A DNA stretch of 64,000 bases from Klebsiella phage VB_KpP_HS106: sequence record OP764672.1; one strand, written 5' to 3'. Positions within the stretch are counted from its first letter, which is position 1, and each line of letters opens with the position of its first letter. Position numbers and translations under genes: made by a program. The notes beneath the pieces were generated by a model. The model did no database searches. It saw nothing but the letters and a program-made list of their open reading frames with translations, and was not told the origin of the DNA. Positions 28,279 through 38,200 of this stretch are shown here, in pieces.

Positions 28279-29230
28279 GATCCCGTTATCTATGGCAGTG
28301 TTCCTGGCTACTGATCACTATGATTATATCCCTGGAACCTTCTCAGCAACCAAACTACTGAAGCCAATTCGTCAGTTGATCCTAACTCCCCGTGTTCCTC
28401 CAGAGCTGCAAACAGCTGACCTGGAAGACCTCGTAGCTTCTCGTATGGGTACAGCCATTCACTCAGGTATCGAACTGGCTTGGTCACCTGAAAACTTCCC
28501 TAAAGCTATGGAGAAGTTAGGCTACTCACCTGACCTGATTGCCAAGGTTAAGGTGAACCCTAAGCCATGGGAACTGAAGGCCGGGGATATTCCAGTGTAC
28601 ATGGAAATCCGATCTGAGAAAGAAGTCATGGGTTACCGTGTTACTGGTAAGTTTGACTTCGTAGGTAATGGTGCCTTAGAGGACTTTAAGTCCACTTCAA
28701 CCTTCAGCTATATGAAGGGTAGTAAGGATCTGGACTATGCCCTGCAAGGTAGTATCTATCGCTGGCTTAATCCAGATATCATTACTAAAGATGTAATGTC
28801 TATCCAGTTTATCTTTACTGACTGGCAGCGTGCTCAAGCCAGAGCTAACCCTAACTACCCACAGCGTAAGACTGAAACCAAACGTTATCAGTTGCTCTCT
28901 CTGGAAGAAACTCAGAAGTATGTTGAAGGTCGTATTGCCCTGTATGAGAAGTATAAACAGGCTAAAGACGAAGACATTCCTGAGTGTACTGACGAGGAGT
29001 TGTGGCGTGATGCTCCGGTCTGGAAGTACTACAAGAACCCAGCCAACATGACCCGATCAACCAAAAACTTTGACACTGAGGCTGAAGCTTACAAGCGTCT
29101 GGCTGATGATGGCAACGTGGGTATGATCGTGCATAACCCTGGTCAAGTTAAAGCTTGTGCATACTGCCCAGCCTTTCCAATCTGTAAACAAAAAGATGAG
29201 CTAATTCGTTCTGGTCATCTCGAAGTATAA
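28256..29230 (+). CDS. PD-(D/E)XK nuclease with C-terminal Fe-S cysteine cluster (Cas4/RecB-like exonuclease)
   Basis: D...EDFK nuclease core (KFDFVGNGALEDFKST). C-terminal CAYCPAFPIC motif. gagga RBS before the ATG at 28256. Confidence 0.55.
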   Translation: MIYTNNTKIPLSMAVFLATDHYDYIPGTFSATKLLKPIRQLILTPRVPPELQTADLEDLVASRMGTAIHSGIELAWSPENFPKAMEKLGYSPDLIAKVKVNPKPWELKAGDIPVYMEIRSEKEVMGYRVTGKFDFVGNGALEDFKSTSTFSYMKGSKDLDYALQGSIYRWLNPDIITKDVMSIQFIFTDWQRAQARANPNYPQRKTETKRYQLLSLEETQKYVEGRIALYEKYKQAKDEDIPECTDEELWRDAPVWKYYKNPANMTRSTKNFDTEAEAYKRLADDGNVGMIVHNPGQVKACAYCPAFPICKQKDELIRSGHLEV

Positions 29231-29238
29231 GGACAAGT

Positions 29239-31398
29239 ATGATCTCCATCAAACCAGTGAGTGAGATGAAATATCATCCCACCAGTGAGAAGATCGTTGA
29301 TTTTCTCAATGCTAAAACCCTTAACGAAGAACGACTCTTTTTCAGGGTAGTTCTGGCTTACTACTGGGGTGTAATGGCCTCGTCTATGCGAGCAGTCATT
29401 AAAGGGTATGATCGTAACGATCTGCCTATCAATATCTACGCTCTGAACCTGTCTCCATCAGGTACTGGTAAAGGCTATTCCACCAGCCTGATCGAACGTG
29501 AATTGCTTGCAGGATTCCGTGAACGATTCCTGGAAGTAACTTTCCCTACAGTAGCTGAACAGAACATGTTTGAGCTTGCTCAGAAACGTGCTCAACGTAA
29601 ATCCACAGCATCTAATCTGGTTGATCCAGAGGATGAGCTGGAAAAGGTACGTAAAGAGTTTGAAAGCTTAGGCAGCTTGCTGTTTAGCTTTGACTCTGCA
29701 ACTACCCCAGCTGTTAAGCAAATGCGTCATAAGCTTCTTATGGGCAATGCTGGTGGTGTGAATTTACAGATCGATGAAATCGGTGCAAACCTAGTAGGTC
29801 AGACTGAGGTACTGGATACATTCCTGGAACTCTATGACCTTGGTTTAGTAAAAGATAAGTTGATCAAGTCATCTGCTGAAAACGTTCGCCACGAGAAACT
29901 TGTGGGTGGTACACCAACTAACATGTTGTTGTTTGGTACACCAACCAAGTTGTTTGATGGAGATGTAACTGAAAAGCGTTTGTATGACATGCTGGAAATG
30001 GGGTATGCACGTCGTTGTCACTTTGGATTCCTGCTTAAAGCTAAGAAACCAGAAGGGATAACTGCTGACGATATCCTGAAACAAATGTTTGATGCCAATG
30101 CTGATACCTTCATCACTGATCTGGGTAAAAAACTGGAGAAGCTTGCAGACATTTCCAACCTGCGAAAAGCTATCACCATCCCTCGTGATGTGCTGAAAAA
30201 TATCATCCAGTATCGTCTGGACTGTGAAGCCAAAAGCAAACAGTACAACGAGTATCAAACCATTCAGAAAAGTGAAATGGAGAACCGGTTCTTCAAATGC
30301 ATGAAATTGGCTGCTGCCTATGCCTTTGTCGATGGTTCACCTGTGCTCTCTCAGGATCACCTGGAGAATGCCATTAAGCTTACTGAAGAATGTGGTGAAG
30401 CCTTTGCCAAGCTGCTTACGCCTGAACGTAACTATGCCAAGTTGGCTAAGTATTTAGCTGATGTGGGCACAGACGTTACCCTGGCTGACATGGATGAGGA
30501 TCTGCCTTACTTCCGTGGTGGTAAAAACCAGAAGGATGAGATGATTAACCTGGCTATTGCCTATGGTTATAAAAACAACATCATTGTGAAGCGAAGCTAC
30601 ACTGATGGCATCTTATTCCTGAGTGGTGAATCTCTGAAACCAACTAACCTTGATGAGATGATCTTGTCATACAGCAAGGATTTAACCACTGGTTTCGTAC
30701 CTAAAGACGTACCATTCGATCAACTGCACAGACTGGTAAATCAGCCTGATCTTCACTGGCTGACCCATAAAGTGATGAACGGTTATCGTAATGAAGAGAA
30801 TGCCATTCCTGGCTTTAACCTTCTGGTTATTGATGTGGATGGAACCTGTCAGCTGTCGACAGCTAAGTTACTGCTGAAAGACTATAAGGCTCTGTATTAC
30901 ACCACTAAACGACATACCGAAGAAACTAACCGTTTCCGTATCATTCTGCCTATCAACTATGAGCTGAAGCTGGATGCCAAAGACTACAAGGAGTTTTATA
31001 ACAACGTCCTTGAAGGCTTGCCATTTGAAGCTGATGACTCTTGTGCTCACCGTTCTAAGAAATGGTTAACGCACAAAGGGCATTATGAGTATACGGATGG
31101 CCAGCTATTCGATGTACTCCCCTTCATTCCTAAAACCAGTAAGAACGAGGATCGTAAGCAAATGCTTACTGATCAACATCAACTGGATAATTTGGAACGT
31201 TGGGTACTTAACAACACTGGTGATGGTAACCGGAATAAGCAGTTGTTCAACTATGCCATGGTACTGGTAGATGCAGGATTCTCTCTGGATCGTATCAGAA
31301 GCCAGGTGAAGGATCTGAACAACAAGCTTCCCGGTAAGCTGGACGAAAGTGAGATTGATGGCAGCATCATGCTCACCATTGCCAAGAAAGTTAAGTAA
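29239..31398 (+). CDS. putative primase/helicase-like replication protein (N-terminal P-loop NTPase, C-terminal AEP-primase-like motifs)
   Basis: Walker A SPSGTGKGYS and Walker B LQIDEIG in the N-terminal half. C-terminal LLVIDVDG, SCAHRS and YTDGQLFD resemble AEP primase motifs I to III. 719 aa, similar in size to the N4 primase. Confidence 0.45.
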   Translation: MISIKPVSEMKYHPTSEKIVDFLNAKTLNEERLFFRVVLAYYWGVMASSMRAVIKGYDRNDLPINIYALNLSPSGTGKGYSTSLIERELLAGFRERFLEVTFPTVAEQNMFELAQKRAQRKSTASNLVDPEDELEKVRKEFESLGSLLFSFDSATTPAVKQMRHKLLMGNAGGVNLQIDEIGANLVGQTEVLDTFLELYDLGLVKDKLIKSSAENVRHEKLVGGTPTNMLLFGTPTKLFDGDVTEKRLYDMLEMGYARRCHFGFLLKAKKPEGITADDILKQMFDANADTFITDLGKKLEKLADISNLRKAITIPRDVLKNIIQYRLDCEAKSKQYNEYQTIQKSEMENRFFKCMKLAAAYAFVDGSPVLSQDHLENAIKLTEECGEAFAKLLTPERNYAKLAKYLADVGTDVTLADMDEDLPYFRGGKNQKDEMINLAIAYGYKNNIIVKRSYTDGILFLSGESLKPTNLDEMILSYSKDLTTGFVPKDVPFDQLHRLVNQPDLHWLTHKVMNGYRNEENAIPGFNLLVIDVDGTCQLSTAKLLLKDYKALYYTTKRHTEETNRFRIILPINYELKLDAKDYKEFYNNVLEGLPFEADDSCAHRSKKWLTHKGHYEYTDGQLFDVLPFIPKTSKNEDRKQMLTDQHQLDNLERWVLNNTGDGNRNKQLFNYAMVLVDAGFSLDRIRSQVKDLNNKLPGKLDESEIDGSIMLTIAKKVK

Positions 31399-31467
31399 TT
31401 GTGTGTTGGGGAACTTCCGTTCCCTTTGTGGGTTTGCCCCTTCGGGGGCATTTCAAAAGAGGTAATT

Positions 31468-32199
31468 ATGTCCGAACAAATCAGCGTTAATGACAACCTG
31501 GTGCTGCTTGTAGGTAAATCAGCAAGTGGTAAATCGCGTTCACTGAAGAACCTGAAGAACCCGGAAGGTGTGCTGTACCTTAACTGTGAATCAGGTAAAA
31601 AGCTGCCTTTCAAATCAGGCTTCATAGAACGTACCATTGCACATTGGAGTGTACTCCCTAAAGCTTTTCAGTGGGCTGAAACCCAACCGAATATTCACAC
31701 CATTGTAGTCGATTCACTGACGTACTACATGGATATGGTAGAGAGCCAGCTCGTACTTACTAGCTCAAATACCCAAGCTGCATGGGGCCAATTTGCCCAG
31801 CAGTTCAAACACCTGATGCAGGTGCTGGTAGCCACGTCTACCAAGAATGTGATCTTCTTAGCTCACACGAAGGATGAAGTTAACGATGACATGGTTCGTG
31901 AAACCTGTGTACCTGTTAAAGGGGCACTGAAGAACCAGGGTATTGAGTCATACTTCAGTCTGGTTATTGCCTGTAAGAAAGTGAAGCTTACGGATCTGGA
32001 AGATTACCAGAACGGATTACTTCACATTAACGAGCGTGAGGAGATGCTCGGGTACAAGCATGTTTACCAGACCCAGGTTACTAAGAACACCATTAACGAG
32101 CGTTTACGTGGCCCAGAGGACTTATTTGATATCAAGGAAACCTTCATCGATAATGACATGCAGTTGGTCTTAGACCGTTTGCATGAGTATTACGCATGA
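31468..32199 (+). CDS. P-loop ATPase (AAA_24/Sak4-like, RecA-fold)
   Basis: Walker A LLVGKSASGKS and Walker B-like IVVDSLTYY. About 240 aa. Sits in the replication/recombination module. Confidence 0.5.
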   Translation: MSEQISVNDNLVLLVGKSASGKSRSLKNLKNPEGVLYLNCESGKKLPFKSGFIERTIAHWSVLPKAFQWAETQPNIHTIVVDSLTYYMDMVESQLVLTSSNTQAAWGQFAQQFKHLMQVLVATSTKNVIFLAHTKDEVNDDMVRETCVPVKGALKNQGIESYFSLVIACKKVKLTDLEDYQNGLLHINEREEMLGYKHVYQTQVTKNTINERLRGPEDLFDIKETFIDNDMQLVLDRLHEYYA

Positions 32200-32726
32200 A
32201 AATTCCTAAAGAAGATCTCACCCTTGAAATGCTTGAGAAGGTACTAAAATATGATGCTCTTACTGGACATCTTACTTGGATTAGCAAGTCTTGTAATAAG
32301 AGAATTGTTATCGGTAGTCGCGCTGGGAGTCTCCACAAGGCTAGCGGCTACCGCCATATAACAATCTTCGGCACTACCTATGGAGAGCATATCATCTGTT
32401 ACTACATGTATAACAGGCAGTGGCCTAAAGGGCATGTAGACCACGATAACCATATTCGTGATGACAACAGAGCAGTAAATCTGAAAGACACTACGATGCT
32501 TCAGAATATGCGAAACAGGGGTGCTATCAGCAATACCATTACTGGTCACCAAGGTATTTGGTATTGCAAACGTCGTGATCGCTATGTGGCAGAAATCACG
32601 ATGAACCGTAAGAAGGTATGGCAACGTACCTTCAAGACAGCTAACGAAGCAGCTATCTGCCGGGCTGAAAAATTAATTGAATTAGGTTTCCATGAAAACC
32701 ATGGCCTAGAAACAAAAGGTAACTAA
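32196..32726 (+). CDS. HNH homing endonuclease with C-terminal AP2 DNA-binding domain
   Basis: HVDHDNHIRDDNRAVNL HNH core, plus C-terminal WYCKRRDRYVAEI...FKTANEAA resembling an AP2 domain. ATGA overlap with the upstream gene. Confidence 0.75.
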   Translation: MKIPKEDLTLEMLEKVLKYDALTGHLTWISKSCNKRIVIGSRAGSLHKASGYRHITIFGTTYGEHIICYYMYNRQWPKGHVDHDNHIRDDNRAVNLKDTTMLQNMRNRGAISNTITGHQGIWYCKRRDRYVAEITMNRKKVWQRTFKTANEAAICRAEKLIELGFHENHGLETKGN

Positions 32727-32727
32727 C

Positions 32728-33468
32728 ATGTCTTATTTTGATTTTAACTATGATGCAGAAAAAGCAGTAGAAAAAGATACCCTGGGCACTGGTATGCGCA
32801 TTCGTGACACTGACGTCTATCCGGGCATCATCAAACTGGCTTACATCACCAAGTCGGAAAAGTCCAAAGCTCAAGCCATGAACATCGAATTCGAAGATGA
32901 TCACGGCATCTACAAAGAGCAGATCTGGTTCATGAACGGTCAGGGTAAAGTCGTCAATGACAAAGGCGAATACACCAAAAACTTCCTGAAAGCTAACTCG
33001 ATCTGTCTGCTGGCCTGCGGTAAGCCTCTGGTTAAACTGGAACCAGAAACCAAGACCATCAACCTGTATAACTTCGAGAAGAAAGCCGAAGTTCCGACTG
33101 ATGTTCCTATGCTGGTAGATCTGTGCGGTAAGCCAATCACCTTCGCTATCCAGCGTATTAAAGAGAACAAGCAGAAGAAAAATGACAGTGGCCAGTACGA
33201 GCCGATCAACGAAGCTCGTGAAATCAATGCCATTGCAAAAGTCTTCCGTAGCAAAGACGATAAGACTGAGCAGGAAATTCGTGGTAAGCAGGAAGTGGCT
33301 ACTTTCAAAGATAAGTGGCTCGAAGCTAACAAAGGCCAGGTATGGGATCGCTTCAAAGAAGTGACTGGTCAGGGTAACGCTGGTGCTCCGGGTGGTAACT
33401 TTGCAGGTGCTGGCTTCAACCCAGGATCTGACAATGCCACCACTGGTGATGATCCGTTTACCATGTAA
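32728..33468 (+). CDS. ssb: single-stranded DNA-binding protein
   Basis: Gly/Asn-rich flexible region then an acidic C-terminal tail GDDPFTM. 246 aa. Sits in the replication module. Confidence 0.6.
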   Translation: MSYFDFNYDAEKAVEKDTLGTGMRIRDTDVYPGIIKLAYITKSEKSKAQAMNIEFEDDHGIYKEQIWFMNGQGKVVNDKGEYTKNFLKANSICLLACGKPLVKLEPETKTINLYNFEKKAEVPTDVPMLVDLCGKPITFAIQRIKENKQKKNDSGQYEPINEAREINAIAKVFRSKDDKTEQEIRGKQEVATFKDKWLEANKGQVWDRFKEVTGQGNAGAPGGNFAGAGFNPGSDNATTGDDPFTM

Positions 33469-33474
33469 TAACTT

Positions 33475-33497
33475 AGCCCCCTAAACCAGGGGGCTTA
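33475..33497 (+). terminator. terminator-like hairpin after ssb
   Basis: agccccc-taaacca-gggggct. Confidence 0.45.
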
Positions 33498-33510
33498 CTC
33501 TGAGGTTACC

Positions 33511-33834
33511 ATGACCCAAGATTCAACCGTAGTACAGGATCAACCTGAAAACATTCTGCCAGTAGAGAACCATCTTCAGTTAGGTTTCCTGGTAGCAGAT
33601 TGGCATCGTAACATCGGCCATCACCTGCTGGCTGTAATCCAAGCCCCGGACGATATCGATCTTAACGTCCAATTCGATGGTGCTGATCAACCCGAGTTGA
33701 TTACTGATCCTCGTGAACGTGCTTTATTTAAACTGGGTGTAGAGTATGCTCTGAACCAGTTCTTAAATCTGCCTTTCACTATGGAAGAGGATCCTAATGA
33801 AGCTCAAACTACTGGGGATGGATCCGAGCTTTAG
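33511..33834 (+). CDS. hypothetical acidic protein
   Basis: gagg RBS. 107 aa. Confidence 0.4.
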   Translation: MTQDSTVVQDQPENILPVENHLQLGFLVADWHRNIGHHLLAVIQAPDDIDLNVQFDGADQPELITDPRERALFKLGVEYALNQFLNLPFTMEEDPNEAQTTGDGSEL

Positions 33835-34360
33835 CAACTGGGGACTGGCTGCAATGTTGTATGACACTGAAGCCAGATCTCTTAGTGTTGCCAAGCTGGA
33901 TGTTATCCAACCACCTAAAGATAATTCCAAGCAAGTACGTAAATCTTCTCAGGATTTAGCCAGGGCTGAATACCTGTTTGAGAAGGTAATGGGCTATATG
34001 CCTTACGTAGATGCCATCTGTATTGAAGTTCCTCATGGCAGTCAGAATGCGAGAGCTTCATTGGGTGCAGGTGCCTGTATTGGATTAATAGCAGCCATAA
34101 GAAACAGTCATGGGGCTAAACCTGTGATCTGTGTAAACGCTACTGAAACCAGGATGGAAATCACTGGTAAATCCTCTGCAACAAAGCAGCAAGGTATTGA
34201 TTGGGCATCTAGTTTATATCCTGATGCTAACTGGCCCAAACTTAAAGGCCAGATCATTGCCAGCAAAGCAGAGCACATGGCAGACGCTGTAGCAGCCGTA
34301 CATGCTGGAATTAAAACTGAAACTTTCAAAATGCTAACCATGTTAGCTACTAAGGATTAA
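33797..34360 (+). CDS. RuvC-like Holliday junction resolvase
   Basis: LGMDPSFSNWGLAA resembles the first catalytic Asp of RuvC (GIDPG). ICIEVPHGSQNARASLGAGACIGLIAA and HMADAVAAVHAGI resemble the RuvC core and its C-terminal DA...A motif. Confidence 0.5.
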   Translation: MKLKLLGMDPSFSNWGLAAMLYDTEARSLSVAKLDVIQPPKDNSKQVRKSSQDLARAEYLFEKVMGYMPYVDAICIEVPHGSQNARASLGAGACIGLIAAIRNSHGAKPVICVNATETRMEITGKSSATKQQGIDWASSLYPDANWPKLKGQIIASKAEHMADAVAAVHAGIKTETFKMLTMLATKD

Positions 34361-34362
34361 CT

Positions 34363-35034
34363 ATGCGTATTTTGCTTTCTACTGAAGATCTGATCGAACT
34401 GGTAACCAAACATGCGTTTACCAGTCTAGTACCTACAGCCAAAGCAGCTGATGTTGAAGTGGGTATTCTGGATGGTCAGATCGTGGCAGCAGTAGCTGTA
34501 GGCGAAGATAACTTTCGCCTGAAGTCTGTTGCCGATCTTCAAGCTCCTCTGGTTTCTGGTGGCACACCTGTTGCTGAACAGGAAGAAGAGGAAGATCACG
34601 ATGATGATACTCAGGAAGAGCAGGAAACTGACAAACCTGTTAAGCGTCGTAAACGCCGTACCAAGGCTGAAATCGAAGCTGATAAAGCTGCTGAAGAAGC
34701 CGCAGCACAGGCTGAAGTAGAAGCCGAAGCAGAAGTTCAAACTGAAAGTGAAGAAGATCTCTTTGCTGAAACCAGTGATGCCGATAATGATGCTCCGTTC
34801 GACATTGACGAAGGTGCAAACCTGCGTGCTGAAAACGAGCTACTGCCAGAAGCTAAAGAAGCTGCCGTGGCTGAAGAAGTTGATCCGTTCGCAGATGCTG
34901 GCCTAGCTTCATCTGAAGGTGACGAGTTGTTTGCTCAGGCAGATACCCCGGTGACCAAGGTGGTTGAAACCAGTGAAGCAGGCTTTGCTAAACCAGCAGA
35001 CACTGAAGACGATCCGTTTGCTAACTTCGACTAA
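34363..35034 (+). CDS. highly acidic protein with three DPF motifs
   Basis: Folded N-terminal ~60 aa. Then a disordered E/D/A-rich region containing KRRKRR, DAPFDID, VDPFADAG and a terminal DDPFANFD. Confidence 0.5.
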   Translation: MRILLSTEDLIELVTKHAFTSLVPTAKAADVEVGILDGQIVAAVAVGEDNFRLKSVADLQAPLVSGGTPVAEQEEEEDHDDDTQEEQETDKPVKRRKRRTKAEIEADKAAEEAAAQAEVEAEAEVQTESEEDLFAETSDADNDAPFDIDEGANLRAENELLPEAKEAAVAEEVDPFADAGLASSEGDELFAQADTPVTKVVETSEAGFAKPADTEDDPFANFD

Positions 35035-35044
35035 CAGGTGATCT

Positions 35045-35218
35045 ATGAGACACGTTATTAATGGCTTTATTGGCCTGTTCTGTGTGATTGCAGCCATTGC
35101 TGTACTGGCTTTAATGAAGGTAGCTTTCTGGTTACTTAGCTTCTTCTGGTTCTTTGTGGCTGTAATTTTTATTGCTTGCCTCATTGGAGCATTCATTCAG
35201 GAAAAGCGTGACTCATAA
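35045..35218 (+). CDS. small two-helix membrane protein (57 aa)
   Basis: ORF below the track cutoff. Two hydrophobic helices. Followed by a bidirectional terminator. Confidence 0.3.
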   Translation: MRHVINGFIGLFCVIAAIAVLALMKVAFWLLSFFWFFVAVIFIACLIGAFIQEKRDS

Positions 35219-35222
35219 AGCC

Positions 35223-35255
35223 AAAAAGAAGCCCCTCAATGAGGGGCTTTTTATT
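35223..35255. terminator. bidirectional terminator
   Basis: aaaaagaa-gcccctc-aat-gaggggc-ttttta. Sits between the plus-strand block and the 3' end of the vRNAP gene. Confidence 0.65.
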
Positions 35256-38200
35256 AGTTTGCCATTCTGAACAAGTTCCAAGGCATTGGGATAGTCAAGA
35301 TGCTGCTACCCTGCAATACAGAAGTTGAGAATGGGTTACCCAAGTTACGTGCAAACAAGGGTTCCATAGCATCAGGTGCTGCTGAGAACTGCCCTGTGAT
35401 AGCCATGTGTGCCATAACAGAGGCCGGGCGTTTGTCCATCAGGTAGAACATTGCACGTTGGATACGAATACGATACTTCGTAAACATTGTGATCCCCATA
35501 TCATCCAGATACTGGCGAGTAGCTGTAGCTGGAATGTCATAGTTAACAAAAGCATCAGAGGCACGTTGTAAAGCTTCAGTATGACTCAGACGATCTCTGG
35601 CATGTTCTGTCAGGTGTTTATACAGAGCATACTTAGCAGCAAAGTCACTGAACTGTGCAGCATCACTCAAGAATTTGTGAGGTGCAGTACCCTTGTCAAT
35701 TACAGCCCAGCGAGCAGCTGTTACAGCAGAAGCTGGAAGGTGAGCAGATACCTCATTAAATTTCTTACGGATCTTAGAACCATAAGTGTAACCATCAGCA
35801 TCAGGCTGAACGTCTTCTACGATGGTAGGCATCATGCCTGCCTGAATAAACTTAGCCAGTGGGTTAGCATTCAAGCGATCCTGAGTCTCATTGATCAGGG
35901 ATTCCATCTGAGCAAAGTTACCAATACCAGCACGTTGCTGTTGCTGATACTTAAGTAGCAGTGAATACTGTTTACGGTAATCAATACCAGCAACGAGAGC
36001 AGTACGGATATCTTTAACCATGCGTACAGGGTTAACACCATAAGCAGCCAGCAAAGCAGTGTTGGACATAATGTTACTGAACTGGGTTTTCAGATTACGA
36101 ATAACGATCACGTCCTTATAGGTCTGCATAAATTCCTGAATACCACGCTCACCTTTAATTACGTAGGCTTTAGCCTTATCACCAAAAGCAGCTTCAAGTA
36201 AACCAGCAGCGACACCCTGAGCAATATTACGTTGCTCTGGATCTGCATCCAGGATATTAGCCAGAGAGTACTTACGGAAGCCAAAGGTCAGGTTAACCAG
36301 ATCATTACGAATGTACATACGATCACTACCCCACAGAGAGGCAGCTTTAATACGTGCTTCGTAGGGCATCATTGCCCAGATCTCACGACCACGTTCAGAA
36401 GGTGCATCAGGCCCAATCTCAAAGTAAGCATTAGGATTCTTCAGGATATTAGCTGTAGAGTCTTCATGCAGAGCTTCCAGGATCTTAGCATTCTGGCTTG
36501 GAGCATCACCTTTATCGATATTCTGACCAGCTAAACGACCTACAAGATCAGCAAAGTCATTATTACGATCAAGGAAAGTATCACGAGTATTATGGGTAGC
36601 CATATAACGGAAGTCCATGATATGACCATCAGTGCTTAACACAGGCACTACATAGTTATCCTGAACTTGAGAAGGATCGAAGGCAGTGTGGGACAGTGCT
36701 TCACGTCCTCGCACGTCTGCGTAGGACGCTTGCCTTAACTGTTCTAACTCGTCAGCTCGAACACGATCAGCAACAGCACGATCCCCACTTAGGGAAGAAC
36801 CTTTACGCTGGCTTCCAGTTAAGCTGAAAGTACCAGAGACGGTTCGTTGATACCCATTCTCTTTGGTCACATACAGCACACGTCCAGAGTGTTTTGACAA
36901 AGAGTCCTGGGACAGTGGGGATACTTTTTGATATCCCATGTTCACCAGTGCTGCTTCATCTGCACTCCCCGACTCAACCGCACGTAAGTCATGGTGAGGA
37001 TTGGTATCTTCAGGCAGATAGCCTTTAATGCGAGACAACTGGTTACCAGCAAACAGCGTATTAGCAGAATCCTCGATCAGGTTCGCATAAGTAGCCATCA
37101 GCATTTTAATGCCATTGTCTTTACCTCGTGCAAGCTCACGTTCCATTACAGCAGCAGTGCGAACACGGTTTTCAGTCTTGGTGTAGCTTAGAGCGTACAT
37201 CGAAGCCAGAGCATCAATGGCGTTCACTTCATCAAGAGTCGGTTCGATACCTACTGTGGAATAGTGAGTAGCAGCTCCGGTAGCAATAGCTTTTGCATTC
37301 AGAACTAAATCACGTCCCAGGGTATTTCTGCCAGTAGCCATCCAGAATCCCAGAGCCTTGGCACGAATGATCTTATCATTACCGTTAGCATACTGGCTAA
37401 TGGTTTTCTCAAGCTTATTGATCTGTTGCTTACGGTAACCAGTATTAGAAACCAGTTTATGTAAGTTATTCAGGTTCATACCTTCAATGTGCAGCACAGA
37501 CTGAAGATCAGTACGAAGCAGTGAATAAGTCATTGCTGTACGATCTTCTTTATTCAGGTCTTGCCCATTGTTATCAAACATCTCATTTAAGTTCTTAGCA
37601 GTAACAGCAGCTAAGGTTGCACGATCCTGTTCAATACGTTTAGTAGAACGTAACAGGGATTCATGCAGAGCACGAACATCATCAGCATTTGTTGCTTCAG
37701 TCAGAATGGAAGCCAGAGAACCTTCTGGAGTATTAGGGGCATTAAAGTCCCGGAACTCTTTGATAGTTTCTTTCAGGTTACCTAACTGATCACGAGCAGC
37801 CAAACCTGCAACTTTGCCCATAGCATTAAGAGCATTGTTGGAGGACTGATCAATACCAGTAGCTTTAACGATTTTACCCAGGAACTGTTTAGACTTAGCA
37901 GCAGCCGTATCTAAGGCATTCTCTACTTTGTCGATCCCACCAGTAAGAATATTCATGGTGGTATCACGGTTCTTAAGTTCAATCTGGATCAGCTTTTCAG
38001 CTAGTGCTTGGGCACGAGCATTTGCAGCTTGCCCTTGATGGGTATTGGTCAACATACCAGAGACTGTATTAACAGCCTGGTTAAAGTAAGCAGTAGCTTG
38101 TTCAAAGGCAGTATTGCCAGAGTCCTTACCATCTTCCATCTGGAAGCCAAGTAAGTTACTGGTGTCTTCATGCCCAATAGCCATAGCAACAAAACGAGAC

